A DNA stretch of 64,000 bases. Origin: an uncultured bacterium. Lineage in GTDB: Bacteria; Ratteibacteria; UBA8468; B48-G9; DSTR01. This document shows positions 11,726 through 21,838 of this stretch, piece by piece. The DNA is taken from assembly GCA_964645405.1 (NCBI GenBank), contig CAZYCA010000031.1, positions 23,575 to 87,574 of the forward strand. Reading direction: 5' to 3'. How positions within the stretch are numbered: position 1 is the stretch's first letter; each line of letters opens with the position of its first letter. Position numbers and translations under genes: made by a program. The notes below the pieces were generated by a model, which was given only the letters and a program-made list of their open reading frames with translations, did no database searches and had not been told where the DNA came from.

Positions 11726-12497
11726 CGAGATGGTCAGGGTTCTTCAATGATTTGCGGTTAGCTTGATAAATTTCTTTCCACTTGCTCGGGTCATGATAAA
11801 CCTTGTTAGCAACACGAGTTAAGGTATCACCTGGTTTCACCCGGTAGGTGCGTTTTTCTTTCACCGCTGGTTGTTCAGGAAGTATCGGCTCCTCCGGTGG
11901 AGCCAACCTTCGTGTCGCTCTTTCCCGGTTAATCTCAGCCATAAGTTGGTTGGTCATAGCAATAGCTTTTTCACTGAGTTCATTAGCCTTGTTAATAGCC
12001 TCGTTGGCTTTTCTAATGGCATTGTTGGCTGCATCTGTAGCGTCTTTCGCTGCCTTTTCCGCGTAAGCCAGAGCGTCTTTCGCAGCCTTTTCAGCAGCAG
12101 CTGCCGCCTCTTTCGCAGCCTGGCTTGCTTTTTCACTGGCCTGGTTGGCAGCGTCTATCGCTTTGCTGGTCTCTCTGGCAGCAAAATCTTTTGCTGCATT
12201 TGCCGCAGCAATAGCTTCGTTGGCAGCCTGCAAAGCTTTGTTGGCTGTAGCCACAGCCTGGTTGGCGGCATCCAGAGCCTGTCTGGCATAATTATCACTT
12301 TCTTTACTGACCTCCAGGCTGGTTTCAGCGATGGCTTTCGCCTGTTTCAGCTGGGTTCGTACCGCTGTTTCGTCTTCAGGAGCAAGGGGTTTCTGGGCCA
12401 GAGTAAAGCAACCAGATAAAAGAGTGGCTGCTAAACCTATGAATCCAGCTTTGACTAAATTTCCACCTGCGATGCTATCTTTCCTGATTTTTCTCAT
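11697..12497 (-). CDS. lipoprotein with Ala/Lys/Glu-rich 11-residue repeat region and C-terminal LysM domain
   Basis: Signal peptide with lipobox (LLSGC), about 170 aa of AANxAxxxANKA-type repeats, then a LysM domain (YRVKPGDTLTRVANKVY...ANRKSL). Confidence 0.6.
   Translation of the reverse strand: MRKIRKDSIAGGNLVKAGFIGLAATLLSGCFTLAQKPLAPEDETAVRTQLKQAKAIAETSLEVSKESDNYARQALDAANQAVATANKALQAANEAIAAANAAKDFAARETSKAIDAANQASEKASQAAKEAAAAAEKAAKDALAYAEKAAKDATDAANNAIRKANEAINKANELSEKAIAMTNQLMAEINRERATRRLAPPEEPILPEQPAVKEKRTYRVKPGDTLTRVANKVYHDPSKWKEIYQANRKSLKNPDHLVVGMELVLP
11950..12310. repeat. degenerate ~33-nt tandem repeats inside the LysM-lipoprotein gene (encode hendecad repeats)
   Basis: Recurring gcctggttggc(a/g)gc, gcttcgttggc and tctttcgc(a/t)gcc units on the + strand, the complement of the coding strand. 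Confidence 0.4.
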
Positions 12498-12512
12498 GCA
12501 AGCCCCTTTGTT

Positions 12513-14279
12513 TTATGTTGAAGGCAACTGCAAACGAATACGATTTTCTTTCAAAAGTATTTCGTTAACCTCTCCTGGTGCCTGTGTCAGCAGACACACA
12601 CCCTTCTGAGTTTTCGGAAAGGCTATTACTTCCCTGATAGAATTTTCTCCAAGAAAAAGCATAACCAGCCGGTCCAGACCAAGAGCTATACCTCCATGGG
12701 GAGGAGCGCCAAAATCAAGGCATTCAAGTAAAAAGCCAAACTGCTGTTCATATTTCTCTCTGTCCAGTCCAATGAGGTCAAACATTTTCTCCTGAAGTTT
12801 TCTGGAGTGAATCCGGATGCTTCCCCCACCAATCTCTATCCCGTTCAGTACCAAATCATAGGCTTTTGCTCTGATTTTTTCTGGCTGGTTTTCCAGACTT
12901 TCTATACTGGCAGGGGCAGGGGAGGTGAAGGGATGATGCCTGGATTGCCACCGTTGCTGCTGCTGGTCAAATTCTAAAAGGGGGAAATTTACCACCCAGG
13001 TGAAGCACCATTGCGGTTCTGGCGACGGATAAAGTTTGTCCCCAACAAGTTTTCTCAGTTCGCCCAGGACAGGTAAAATTTTATCCGCAGCCCCAGCGAG
13101 AAAGAAAAGGAGACCGTTATCACTTTCAGCAGGTGGTCGCAAATTTTCCACTATCTTTTCTTCCAGAAACTTCTTAAAAGGTGATTGAATATCGTTCTGG
13201 CGGAAACGTATCCAGCCCAGACCGCCGAGTCCACGTTGTCTCACAAGCTGGTGGTATTCTTCCACATCTGAGGTAGAAACTTTCTGTCCATCAGGGACCA
13301 TAAACCCCTGGACAATTCCACCTTCCTCTATAGTTTTCCTGATAACCTCAATCCTGGTCTCCTGAAACACACCGGTAAAGTTTTTCAGTTTCAGGTCAAA
13401 CCGAAGGTCCGGTTTATCTGTTCCGTATTCCTCCATCGCCTGCTGATATTCTATCCGCGGAAAAGGAATCTGCAAATCGTAACCGAAGGCTTTTCTGGCA
13501 GCATATTTCAACAGTTTTTCGGTAATATCAATAACATCTGCTTCTTCCACAAAAGACATTTCCAGGTCAATCTGGGTAAACTCCGGTTGTCTGTCTGCCC
13601 TGAGGTCTTCGTCACGGAAACACCGGGCAATCTGAAAATAGCGGTCAAAACCCGCCACCATAAGAATCTGCTTGAAAAGCTGGGGAGACTGGGGTAGAGC
13701 ATAAAACCTGCCAGGATTAAGTCTGGAGGGAACAATGAAATCTCTGGCTCCTTCCGGGGTACTTCTGGTCAAAATGGGAGTTTCAATTTCTACAAAATCT
13801 TCCCCTGTCAGAAATTCGCGCACAGCCTGGGTAAATTTCGCCCGTGCCAGAAGATTTGCCTGCATTTTTGGCCGCCGCAGGTCAAGAAACCGGTAAGCCA
13901 GACGGATATTTTCCCCAATCTGAATGTTATCGGTTAATTCAAAAGGCAGGTTCCTGGCACGGTTAAGAACGTCTATCTGGTTGATTTTCACCTCCACCTG
14001 GCCGGTGGAAATCTTTGGATTCACCATTTCCGGTGGCCTGAGAATTACTTCTCCTGCAACTCTAATCACCCACTCGCTCCTCACTTCTTTTAATATGGAT
14101 GACACTTCCGGAGGCATCTCCGCCGGTGAGCACACCAGTTGTACCACTCCGTACCTGTCCCTTAAATCAATAAACTTAAGCAGTCCGTGGTCTCTCACAG
14201 ACTGTACCCAGCCGCTCAGAATAACCTTTTCTCCTGCGTTTGACTTATTCAACTGTCCACAGTTATGAGTTCTCAGCAT
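12513..14279 (-). CDS. aspS: aspartyl-tRNA synthetase
   Basis: N-terminal OB fold (KVILSGWVQSVRDHGLLKFIDLRDRYGVVQ) and class II motifs (FRDEDLRADRQPEFTQID, GGGSIR). Confidence 0.9.
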   Translation of the reverse strand: MLRTHNCGQLNKSNAGEKVILSGWVQSVRDHGLLKFIDLRDRYGVVQLVCSPAEMPPEVSSILKEVRSEWVIRVAGEVILRPPEMVNPKISTGQVEVKINQIDVLNRARNLPFELTDNIQIGENIRLAYRFLDLRRPKMQANLLARAKFTQAVREFLTGEDFVEIETPILTRSTPEGARDFIVPSRLNPGRFYALPQSPQLFKQILMVAGFDRYFQIARCFRDEDLRADRQPEFTQIDLEMSFVEEADVIDITEKLLKYAARKAFGYDLQIPFPRIEYQQAMEEYGTDKPDLRFDLKLKNFTGVFQETRIEVIRKTIEEGGIVQGFMVPDGQKVSTSDVEEYHQLVRQRGLGGLGWIRFRQNDIQSPFKKFLEEKIVENLRPPAESDNGLLFFLAGAADKILPVLGELRKLVGDKLYPSPEPQWCFTWVVNFPLLEFDQQQQRWQSRHHPFTSPAPASIESLENQPEKIRAKAYDLVLNGIEIGGGSIRIHSRKLQEKMFDLIGLDREKYEQQFGFLLECLDFGAPPHGGIALGLDRLVMLFLGENSIREVIAFPKTQKGVCLLTQAPGEVNEILLKENRIRLQLPST

Positions 14280-15559
14280 ATTAGTTCCTTTATCTTTTGA
14301 AAGGATTCTGAGAGAGGTAGAGTATGTTGTTCTCTGGTCTCCATATTTTTCAACAATATTTTCTCCCCGGAAAGCTCATCTTCACCGAAAAACAAACACC
14401 ATTTTACCTTCTCCCGGCTGGCTGCCTGCAGGTGATTTTTTAAGGGACGTTCCTCAAAATCAACCTCCACAGGGATTCCCTGTTTTCTCAATTCGGCAAG
14501 GAAGGAAAAGCCGAAAAGCCGAGCCTTATCACCAAGAAAAAATGCCCTGAGCAATACCTGCTCTTTTGCTGGTGTGGAAACTATATTCATCAACCGTTCC
14601 AGTCCAATGGCAAACCCCACTGCTGGTATCTGTGGGCCGCCAAAACTGGCGACCAGTGTGTCATAGCGGCCTCCTGCTGCCAGGGCACCGGGGTCGTTTC
14701 CAGCTGTAACCTCAAATACTGTGCCGGTGTAATAATCAAGACCCCGTACAAGATGTTCATCAACCAGCAGTTTGGTATCCATTTTGTTCAAGGTGGATAA
14801 TACCAGCTGGTAATGCTGCTGGCAGGCAGGGCACAGATGTTTAACCGGTGAAGGGGCGCTCTTAAAGATTTCCAGACAGGAAACGTTTTTACAGTCAAAA
14901 ACGCGTAATGTATTCTTTTCCAGTCTTCGTACACAGTCCGGACAAAGGTTTTCCCGGTATGGCTGTAAAAAATTTCTTAGGAGCCGAGAATAAGCCTGCT
15001 GACAGGAAATACAGCCCAGCGAATTTACGCGTAGCAGCGGCTGAGAGAGTCCTGCAGTTTGAAGAAGTAAAATCAACAGGGAAATAACTTCCACATCAAA
15101 CAGAGGATGCTTACCACCGAAAACTTCCACCCCCAACTGGTAGAACTGTCTGTATCTGCCACGCTGCGGTCGGTCGTATCTGAACATGGGTCCCTGATAC
15201 CAGAAACGCGTAATCCTCCTGACCTGGTAATACTTTGCCTGGACGTAAGCGCGTACCACAGAAGCTGTCCCTTCAGGCCTGAGGGCTAAATGCCTGCCTT
15301 TCCTGTCGTAAAAGGTGTACATTTCCTTTTCCACAATATCTGTTGCTTCCCCTACGCTGCGTTCAAAAAGTGCCTTCTCCTCCACCAGAGGAGTTCTTAT
15401 CTCCTTGTATCCATATTCCTGGAGTAGCAATCGTGCCTTCTCCTCAAAGAAATGCCACCGCTGTAGTTGCTCCGGTAGCAGGTCCTGCATTCCCCGGACA
15501 GTTTTATATATTTCCATTTTTCTTCCTTTTAATTTATCATAAAAGCTTGAGGGCAGCAA
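14273..15559 (-). CDS. hisS: histidyl-tRNA synthetase
   Basis: Contains RGMQDLLPE, EIRTPLVE and GGRYD motifs. Confidence 0.9.
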   Translation of the reverse strand: MLPSSFYDKLKGRKMEIYKTVRGMQDLLPEQLQRWHFFEEKARLLLQEYGYKEIRTPLVEEKALFERSVGEATDIVEKEMYTFYDRKGRHLALRPEGTASVVRAYVQAKYYQVRRITRFWYQGPMFRYDRPQRGRYRQFYQLGVEVFGGKHPLFDVEVISLLILLLQTAGLSQPLLRVNSLGCISCQQAYSRLLRNFLQPYRENLCPDCVRRLEKNTLRVFDCKNVSCLEIFKSAPSPVKHLCPACQQHYQLVLSTLNKMDTKLLVDEHLVRGLDYYTGTVFEVTAGNDPGALAAGGRYDTLVASFGGPQIPAVGFAIGLERLMNIVSTPAKEQVLLRAFFLGDKARLFGFSFLAELRKQGIPVEVDFEERPLKNHLQAASREKVKWCLFFGEDELSGEKILLKNMETREQHTLPLSESFQKIKELIC

Positions 15560-15583
15560 CCATGGCCCTTAAGAACTGCTGTT

Positions 15584-15611
15584 TTGACACCGCATGTTTT
15601 TGGGTTATAAT
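15584..15611 (+). promoter_or_regulatory. consensus sigma70 promoter upstream of rpsO (TTGACA-16-TATAAT)
   Basis: TTGACA at 15584-15589 and TATAAT at 15606-15611. The rpsO ATG is at 15656, preceded by a GGGAGA RBS. Confidence 0.45.
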
Positions 15612-15655
15612 GTAATCACACTGGAGGTAGGGAAAAATGTACCAGGGAGAATCCA

Positions 15656-15922
15656 ATGCTGGAAAAAAGTGTTAAAATGGAGATTGAAAAAGAGTTAGGA
15701 AGGCATGAAAAGGATACCGGTTCCCCTGAAGTTCAGATAGGTTTGCTGACAAAGAGGATTGAAGCGCTGAACCAGCACTTCAAAATCCACAGGAAGGATA
15801 CCAATTCCAGGCGAGGATTTTTGAAACTTATTGGTCGCAGACGCCGCCTGCTGCGGTATCTTCAGCTTACTGCTCCAGACCGGTACCAGGAGGTTGTGAA
15901 AAAATTAGGTTTACGTAAGTGA
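15656..15922 (+). CDS. rpsO: 30S ribosomal protein S15
   Basis: Contains [48 protein letters not shown]. Confidence 0.9.
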   Translation: MLEKSVKMEIEKELGRHEKDTGSPEVQIGLLTKRIEALNQHFKIHRKDTNSRRGFLKLIGRRRRLLRYLQLTAPDRYQEVVKKLGLRK

Positions 15923-15945
15923 GAGAAAGCTACTGCCAGATGGAA

Positions 15946-18093
15946 AGAATAGAAATTGAAGTCGGTGGAAAAAAAATAATCCTGGAAAGGGGGTATGTTG
16001 CCAGGCAGGCTCATGGAGCTATCTGGGTGCAGTGCGGAGATACGATTGTTTTGACTACCGCCGTCGCCTCAGAAGAACCAAAGCAGGAGGTAGACTTTTT
16101 CCCTCTGATGTGCGAGTATCGGGAGCAAACTTCTGCAGCAGGAAAAATTCCTGGTGGTTTTTTTAAGAGGGAAGGCCGGCCCACGGAAAGAGAAATTCTT
16201 ACTTCCAGGGTTATTGACAGATCTATCCGTCCTCTTTTCCCGGAGACTTACCGCCATGAAGTTCAGATAACCAGTATGTTACTTTCCGCGGATGCGGAGA
16301 ATGACCCGGATATACTTGCCATCCTTGGTGCCTCGGCAGCTCTCTGCAGTTCACCGATACCTTTTCAGGGACCGGTGGCTGCTGTAAGAGTCGGTTTCCT
16401 TGACGAGCAGTTTATCATCAATCCTGGTCTTTCCGTCCTGGAAAAAAGCAAAATAAATCTCCTTTTGAGCGCAACAGAAAATTCCATTATTATGATGGAA
16501 GGTAGCTGTCAGGAAGTTAGCGAGGATAAGTTTTTGGAAGCAGTATCCTTCGGTCTGAAACATCTGCTTAATCTCATATCCTGCCAGAAGGAGTGGATAC
16601 AGGAGAAAAATTTTACTCCGCCAGCACAGAATTCCACCTGGTACCAGAAAGCCGGGGAATTTTTATCCGGCCGGATTGACAGGGCTTACCAGTATCCGGA
16701 AAAAGCTACCCGGAGCAAGTTTTATAAAACATTAAAAGAGGAATTCATTGCCAGCTGTCCGGAGGAAGAAGTGAAATTAGCCTCGGATATCTATGAGACT
16801 GTACTGGAGAAAAAAATAAGGTCTCTAATTTTAAATAGTGGCCGCAGACTGGATGGACGGTCGTTTACGGAAGTTCGGCCGATTGATATTAAGGTTGGAC
16901 TTCTCCCAAGAAACCATGGTTCTGCTCTTTTTACCCGTGGTCAGACCCAGTGCATTGCCTCGGTAACACTGGGAGCAAAACACGATGAGCAAAGGATAGA
17001 TGGTCTTTTTGAGGAGACAACCAAGCGTTTTATGCTGCACTATAATTTTCCTCCTTTCTGTGTGGGGGAGGCTGTCCCGATGCGTTCCCCTTCCCGGCGA
17101 GAGATTGGACATGGAGCGCTGGCTGAACGTTCTCTATCTTTTGTTATTCCTTCTGAAGATATTTTCCCTTACACGATAAGAATTGTCGCCAACATTCTTG
17201 AATCCAATGGCTCCTCGTCTATGGCAACAGTCTGCGCAGGAAGTTTAGCCCTCATGGATGCCGGTGTACCAATTTCCCGGCATGTCTCCGGGGTGGCTCT
17301 GGGAATGATTATGGAAGGTGATAAATACGTCATTTTGACAGATATTGCGGGTGAAGAAGACCATTATGGAGACGTGGACCTTAAGGTTGCCGGGACATCT
17401 TCCGGTATTACGGGTTTTCAACTTGATGTCAAAACCAGTGCTTTCACCTTAGATATTCTGGCAAAAGCCCTCCAGCAGAGCCAGAAAGCCCGGCTGGAGA
17501 TTTTAGAAAAAATGAACGCGGTACTTCCTGCTGCCCGGACCGGGATTTCTCCGTATGCTCCCAAAATTGTAACCTTCAAGATTAAGCCAGAAAAGATTGG
17601 TCTGGTCATCGGTCCTGGCGGCAAAACCATTAGAAGTATTATTGAAAAAACTGGAGTAGAAATTGACGTGGAAGATGATGGTACAGTTCACATCTCTTCT
17701 CCTCATGCTGCTGCCTGCCAGCAGGCCCAGGCAGAGATTCTTTCCCTTACTGAGGAACCAGCTGTGGGTAAGATTTACAATGGTATCGTGACAAAGATTT
17801 TGCCATTTGGTGCGCTGGTGAAAATTCTACCATCTCAAGAGGGTATGGTCCACATCTCCGAGCTTGCACCCCACCGCGTGGAATCAGTGGAAGACGTTTT
17901 ATCAGTGGGGTCAGAAATCAGAGTGAAGGTTATTGGTATTGATGAAAGTGGTAGACTCCGATTGAGTCGTAAACAAACGCTGACTCCTGAAGAAATTGCA
18001 CGCGAGAAAGAGAATGCTCACAAACAGGGACAGAAAGAGGTCTCCTCACACGAGAGAAAGAAAAGTCATAATCGTACCAACCGCTATCGGTAA
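15946..18093 (+). CDS. pnp: polynucleotide phosphorylase
   Basis: Two RNase PH domains followed by KH and S1 domains. Starts MERIEIEVGGKKI. Confidence 0.95.
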   Translation, partial: RIEIEVGGKKIILERGYVARQAHGAIWVQCGDTIVLTTAVASEEPKQEVDFFPLMCEYREQTSAAGKIPGGFFKREGRPTEREILTSRVIDRSIRPLFPETYRHEVQITSMLLSADAENDPDILAILGASAALCSSPIPFQGPVAAVRVGFLDEQFIINPGLSVLEKSKINLLLSATENSIIMMEGSCQEVSEDKFLEAVSFGLKHLLNLISCQKEWIQEKNFTPPAQNSTWYQKAGEFLSGRIDRAYQYPEKATRSKFYKTLKEEFIASCPEEEVKLASDIYETVLEKKIRSLILNSGRRLDGRSFTEVRPIDIKVGLLPRNHGSALFTRGQTQCIASVTLGAKHDEQRIDGLFEETTKRFMLHYNFPPFCVGEAVPMRSPSRREIGHGALAERSLSFVIPSEDIFPYTIRIVANILESNGSSSMATVCAGSLALMDAGVPISRHVSGVALGMIMEGDKYVILTDIAGEEDHYGDVDLKVAGTSSGITGFQLDVKTSAFTLDILAKALQQSQKARLEILEKMNAVLPAARTGISPYAPKIVTFKIKPEKIGLVIGPGGKTIRSIIEKTGVEIDVEDDGTVHISSPHAAACQQAQAEILSLTEEPAVGKIYNGIVTKILPFGALVKILPSQEGMVHISELAPHRVESVEDVLSVGSEIRVKVIGIDESGRLRLSRKQTLTPEEIAREKENAHKQGQKEVSSHERKKSHNRTNRYR

Positions 18094-18119
18094 GATATGA
18101 TTAGACCAGGGAGGAAAAG

Positions 18120-19841
18120 ATGAGTGGTGCTGTCTGTCTTTCTACAAAAAATGTTGAAAAACAGAAACTTCCTGTCCTGGGAGTTTTTGCTCCCTGTGAC
18201 CCCAGGTTAGATGACGGCTCCAGACAGAGGGCGCGCAACATAGTACGGTTGACAGCTGAGGCTCTTGCCAGACATGTCAGAAATGTTGATGGTCAACCAG
18301 TACCAGTTGTTTACAGCAATATATTGATTGATGGGGAAAAGGAAGCTGATGCTGTGGCCCGTCAGTTTGAAAATGCTGGTGTTAAAATTCTAATTGGGCT
18401 GCCTGATACCTGGGCTTTCCCCCAGCTGACATTAATTTCCCTTATACAGCAGTTTGCTGACGATACCCCTGTTAACCTTACATGCGGCAACAGCGGACCG
18501 AAACCCGGTGTTGTTTATACTCAGGCATGTAGTGGGGCGGTAGCTCAGTATGGCCGCTTAATGCACATCAATGTTGGCACCTGGCCTGACACTGGCGCAG
18601 AACCAGTGATGACGGAAGCAACATTACAGGCACTGGTTGATTGGTGTCAGGCAGCGATAACTTTTACTGGACTGAAGGGTCGCCGGGTTGTCATCTTTGG
18701 ACATGATTCTATGGGAATGGAAACAGCTCTGGCTCATATCATTCCCACAAGAAATACCTTTGGTCTGGAGATTACCCGTCTGGATATGAAACTTCTCAGT
18801 GATATGCTGGCTAAAAAAGCCTACAATGCCAGTGAACTGAAGGAACTTCGTTCCTGGATAGATAGGCTGGTCGGTCCGCGCTTACAACTACGTGACCAGG
18901 CAGACAGCGAAAGATTCAACATTTCTTTAGCTATGTACCTTGTCGTACGTGACCTGCTGAAGGACCTGAACGCTGTCGGTGGTGGTTTTATGAGTCAGCT
19001 GGAATGGGGATCAGACAGACGCGGGATACCTTTGCCGGTAGCTGACGTGATGGAATCTCTGTTTAATTCCACTTTTGACCATAATGGTCGGAAATCACCC
19101 CTACCTTTTGCTACAGAGGCAGATGTTCAGGGACTTCTCACGATGCTATTTTTCACCCATCTGACAGCCGGTAATCCTCCTCTTTTTATGGATTTTAGAA
19201 AGGTATGGGAGCCATGGGAGATAAAATTGCTGGCGGAAAAGATTGGTCTTTCTTTGAGTGGGCAAGAACTCTGGGAGCAGAGAGGTTTTGTAGACGGGGA
19301 TAACTCTGGCAGTGCCTCCTTTGACTGGGCTGCCCTTCCCGGAACAGATGTAGAAGAGATAATGAGTAAGATTTCTTTTCCTCTGGCTGACGAAGGTTAT
19401 TTCCCGGGTCTGGGAAATTCCGTGACATTCATTTCACCCGGGGGCATCCAGGGTATTGCTGGGCGGCTGGCTTACAGTTCGTTAACACGTACGTTCTCCC
19501 TTATCTGGGACCAAGCACAAACTGTGGAGTTACCGGAGAAACTGGCTAAAGCAGTCTGCCAGACTTCTACTGCTACCTGGCCTCATACCTTTGTGGTGCC
19601 CAAATTTGCCACCATGATGGAATATAAACACTACACACCAGCCAACCACTTCCATATGGTCTGGGCACTAAAACCAGCCCGCCTGGAATACTGGATGGAC
19701 CTGGCTAATGTTATCTCCGTCACACCATGGAGAAATCGGCCAGCATATCAGGAAGGAGTGGATAGACCGCTTCCGTTACTTTATCTGATTAATGGCGGCG
19801 AGACGGCTACCAAGTTAGCCCTGGCAGCCAGAAAAGTTTGA
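18120..19841 (+). CDS. L-fucose isomerase (FucI) family sugar isomerase
   Basis: Aligns along its length with E. coli FucI, which I recall from memory. Examples: PVLGVFAPCDPR against PKIGIRPVIDGR, and SLFNSTFDHNGRKSPLPFATE against [21 protein letters not shown]. Length is also similar (573 aa). Confidence 0.5.
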   Translation: MSGAVCLSTKNVEKQKLPVLGVFAPCDPRLDDGSRQRARNIVRLTAEALARHVRNVDGQPVPVVYSNILIDGEKEADAVARQFENAGVKILIGLPDTWAFPQLTLISLIQQFADDTPVNLTCGNSGPKPGVVYTQACSGAVAQYGRLMHINVGTWPDTGAEPVMTEATLQALVDWCQAAITFTGLKGRRVVIFGHDSMGMETALAHIIPTRNTFGLEITRLDMKLLSDMLAKKAYNASELKELRSWIDRLVGPRLQLRDQADSERFNISLAMYLVVRDLLKDLNAVGGGFMSQLEWGSDRRGIPLPVADVMESLFNSTFDHNGRKSPLPFATEADVQGLLTMLFFTHLTAGNPPLFMDFRKVWEPWEIKLLAEKIGLSLSGQELWEQRGFVDGDNSGSASFDWAALPGTDVEEIMSKISFPLADEGYFPGLGNSVTFISPGGIQGIAGRLAYSSLTRTFSLIWDQAQTVELPEKLAKAVCQTSTATWPHTFVVPKFATMMEYKHYTPANHFHMVWALKPARLEYWMDLANVISVTPWRNRPAYQEGVDRPLPLLYLINGGETATKLALAARKV

Positions 19842-19851
19842 GATTTGATAC

Positions 19852-20520
19852 TTAAGAAGAATTGATTCCTTTCTGGCGACAGATTTCCATTACAGCGTCC
19901 ACAACCTGTTCTATGGTCATACCGGTAGTATCCAGATAGTGAGCGTCCGGTGGGCAAATCAACGGGGCAATAGAACGTTGAAGGTCTTTCTGGTCCCTGG
20001 CAAGCATCTGGCTTTTTATCGCTTCCAGGTCAGCAGAAAATCCCTTTTCCTTTAACTGCAGGTAACGACGTCTTGCTCTCTCCTCCAGAGAGGCATCCAG
20101 ATAAATTTTGACCTGGGCGTCAGGAAAAACCCTGGTGCTGATATCCCTGCCTTCCATTACCAGATGATGTTTCTTCCGGAAATCCCGCTGGATTTGCCAC
20201 AGTATTTCTCTCACCGCCAGACAGGAAGCAATATAATGGGTGTTACGACTCACTTCTTCATCTCTAATTTCACGACTAATGTCTTCTCCATCCATAAGCA
20301 CCCTGTACCCGGAAGGAGTATCAAAAAGTTCTAATTTAGTGCTGGCAGCCAGTTCCTTAAGCTTTGTGTTATCAGAAAGATGGACTCCTGCTTTTAGCGC
20401 CTTTAAGGTAATTGCCCTGTACATCGCCCCGCTGTCCACAAAAAGGAAACCAAGTCTTCTCGCCACTAACCTGGCGACAGTGCCCTTGCCGGCTGCTGCA
20501 GGCCCGTCAATAGCTACCAC
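19852..20520 (-). CDS. cmk: cytidylate kinase
   Basis: P-loop IDGPAAAGKGTVAR. Confidence 0.9.
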   Translation of the reverse strand: MVAIDGPAAAGKGTVARLVARRLGFLFVDSGAMYRAITLKALKAGVHLSDNTKLKELAASTKLELFDTPSGYRVLMDGEDISREIRDEEVSRNTHYIASCLAVREILWQIQRDFRKKHHLVMEGRDISTRVFPDAQVKIYLDASLEERARRRYLQLKEKGFSADLEAIKSQMLARDQKDLQRSIAPLICPPDAHYLDTTGMTIEQVVDAVMEICRQKGINSS

Positions 20521-20544
20521 AAATTTTTTTGCCTTTCTTTCCAG

Positions 20545-21102
20545 TTACTCCTCCATTATTTCTTTCTCTTTTTCCTTGGATTTCTTTTCCAGTTCTTCGA
20601 TAACCTTATCCATAACCTTCTTGACCTCCTCCGTGCCACGGTAGAAATCATCTTCTGAAATCTTCTTCTCCTTTTCGCCGGCTTTTAACTCTTCGTTGGC
20701 CTTGCGTCGCAGTTCTCTCAGTTCTACCTTGGCTTCCTCAGTCATCCGGTGAAGCACCTTAACAAGCTCTCTTCTTCTTTCCTCACTCAACGGAGGAACA
20801 GAGATACGAATAACACCTGCCTCCACCTGGGGATTCAATCCGAGATTACTGGCCTGAATGGCTTTGGCAATTTTGTCAGTAATAGTTTTATCCCAGCACT
20901 GGACAACAATTAGTTGCGGCTGGGGAATAGTTACTGTTGCCAGCTGGTTGATGGGCAATTTGGAACCGTAGTAGTCCACCAGAATTCCTTCCAGAAAGCT
21001 CACCGATGCCCTGCCGGCGCGCAGGCTGTTAACTTCCCTGGAGAAAAAATTCAAAACCTTTTTCATTTTCTCTTCTGTCTCCTGAAGAATCTTATTTTTC
21101 AT
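20545..21102 (-). CDS. frr: ribosome recycling factor
   Basis: Contains [24 protein letters not shown]. The start is taken at MKNKILQE. Confidence 0.9.
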   Translation of the reverse strand: MKNKILQETEEKMKKVLNFFSREVNSLRAGRASVSFLEGILVDYYGSKLPINQLATVTIPQPQLIVVQCWDKTITDKIAKAIQASNLGLNPQVEAGVIRISVPPLSEERRRELVKVLHRMTEEAKVELRELRRKANEELKAGEKEKKISEDDFYRGTEEVKKVMDKVIEELEKKSKEKEKEIMEE

Positions 21103-21838
21103 TTTTCCCCCCTGATTTTTTTTCCGGTTCAACCAGTGTTCTCCGTCCCTGGCCACAGACAACTTTTTTCAGGTTACCCTTCTGAAAAAGGTTAAAGACT
21201 ACCACCGGTACATTATTTTGCATACAGAGAGAAATAGCAGCCGCATCCATAATACTCAGTCCCAGTCTGAGAATTTCCTGGTAGCTGACCCGGGTATATC
21301 TTCTGGCGTGCGGGTTCTTTGCCGGGTCAGCAGAATAAATACCGTCTACTTTGGTGGCTTTCAGAATTACTCCGGCCCCAATTTCCACAGCCTTCAATGC
21401 CGCTGCTGTATCAGTGGTAAAGTAGGGATTTCCGGTGCCTCCCACAAAAATCACCACACGTCCTTTCTCCAGATGTCTGAGGGCTCTCCTTCTAATATAA
21501 AGTTCACAAAACTGTCTCATATCAAAGGCACTCTGTACCCTGGTATCCAGTCCTATTTTTTCCAGGGCACTCTGCAGGGCCAGACCGTTGATGACTGTGG
21601 CAAACATACCCATGTAGTCAGCTGTGACCTGGTCAATAACCTTTTCGTCCCTGCTGATACCCCGAAAAATATTACCTCCTCCGACCACCAATCCAATTTC
21701 ACAACCGAGGTTGTGTACCTCTTTTATCTCCCGGGCAATATTCATCAAGGAATGAGAGTCAATCCCGGATTTTCCAGGACCGCCCTGCAGCGCTTCTCCA
21801 GAAAGTTTAATAACTATTCTCTTATAAATTGGTTTCAC
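21092..21838 (-). CDS. pyrH: UMP kinase
   Basis: Contains [13 protein letters not shown] and GGGNIFRG. Confidence 0.9.
   Translation of the reverse strand: MKPIYKRIVIKLSGEALQGGPGKSGIDSHSLMNIAREIKEVHNLGCEIGLVVGGGNIFRGISRDEKVIDQVTADYMGMFATVINGLALQSALEKIGLDTRVQSAFDMRQFCELYIRRRALRHLEKGRVVIFVGGTGNPYFTTDTAAALKAVEIGAGVILKATKVDGIYSADPAKNPHARRYTRVSYQEILRLGLSIMDAAAISLCMQNNVPVVVFNLFQKGNLKKVVCGQGRRTLVEPEKKSGGKNEK

Noticed and set aside
11848-12419. Long + strand ORFs (182 aa and 72 aa, Cys/Phe/Ser-rich) antisense to the LysM repeat protein
   Set aside because: They are an artefact of the GCN-rich Ala-repeat coding on the minus strand. The sequence is low-complexity with no start or RBS context.
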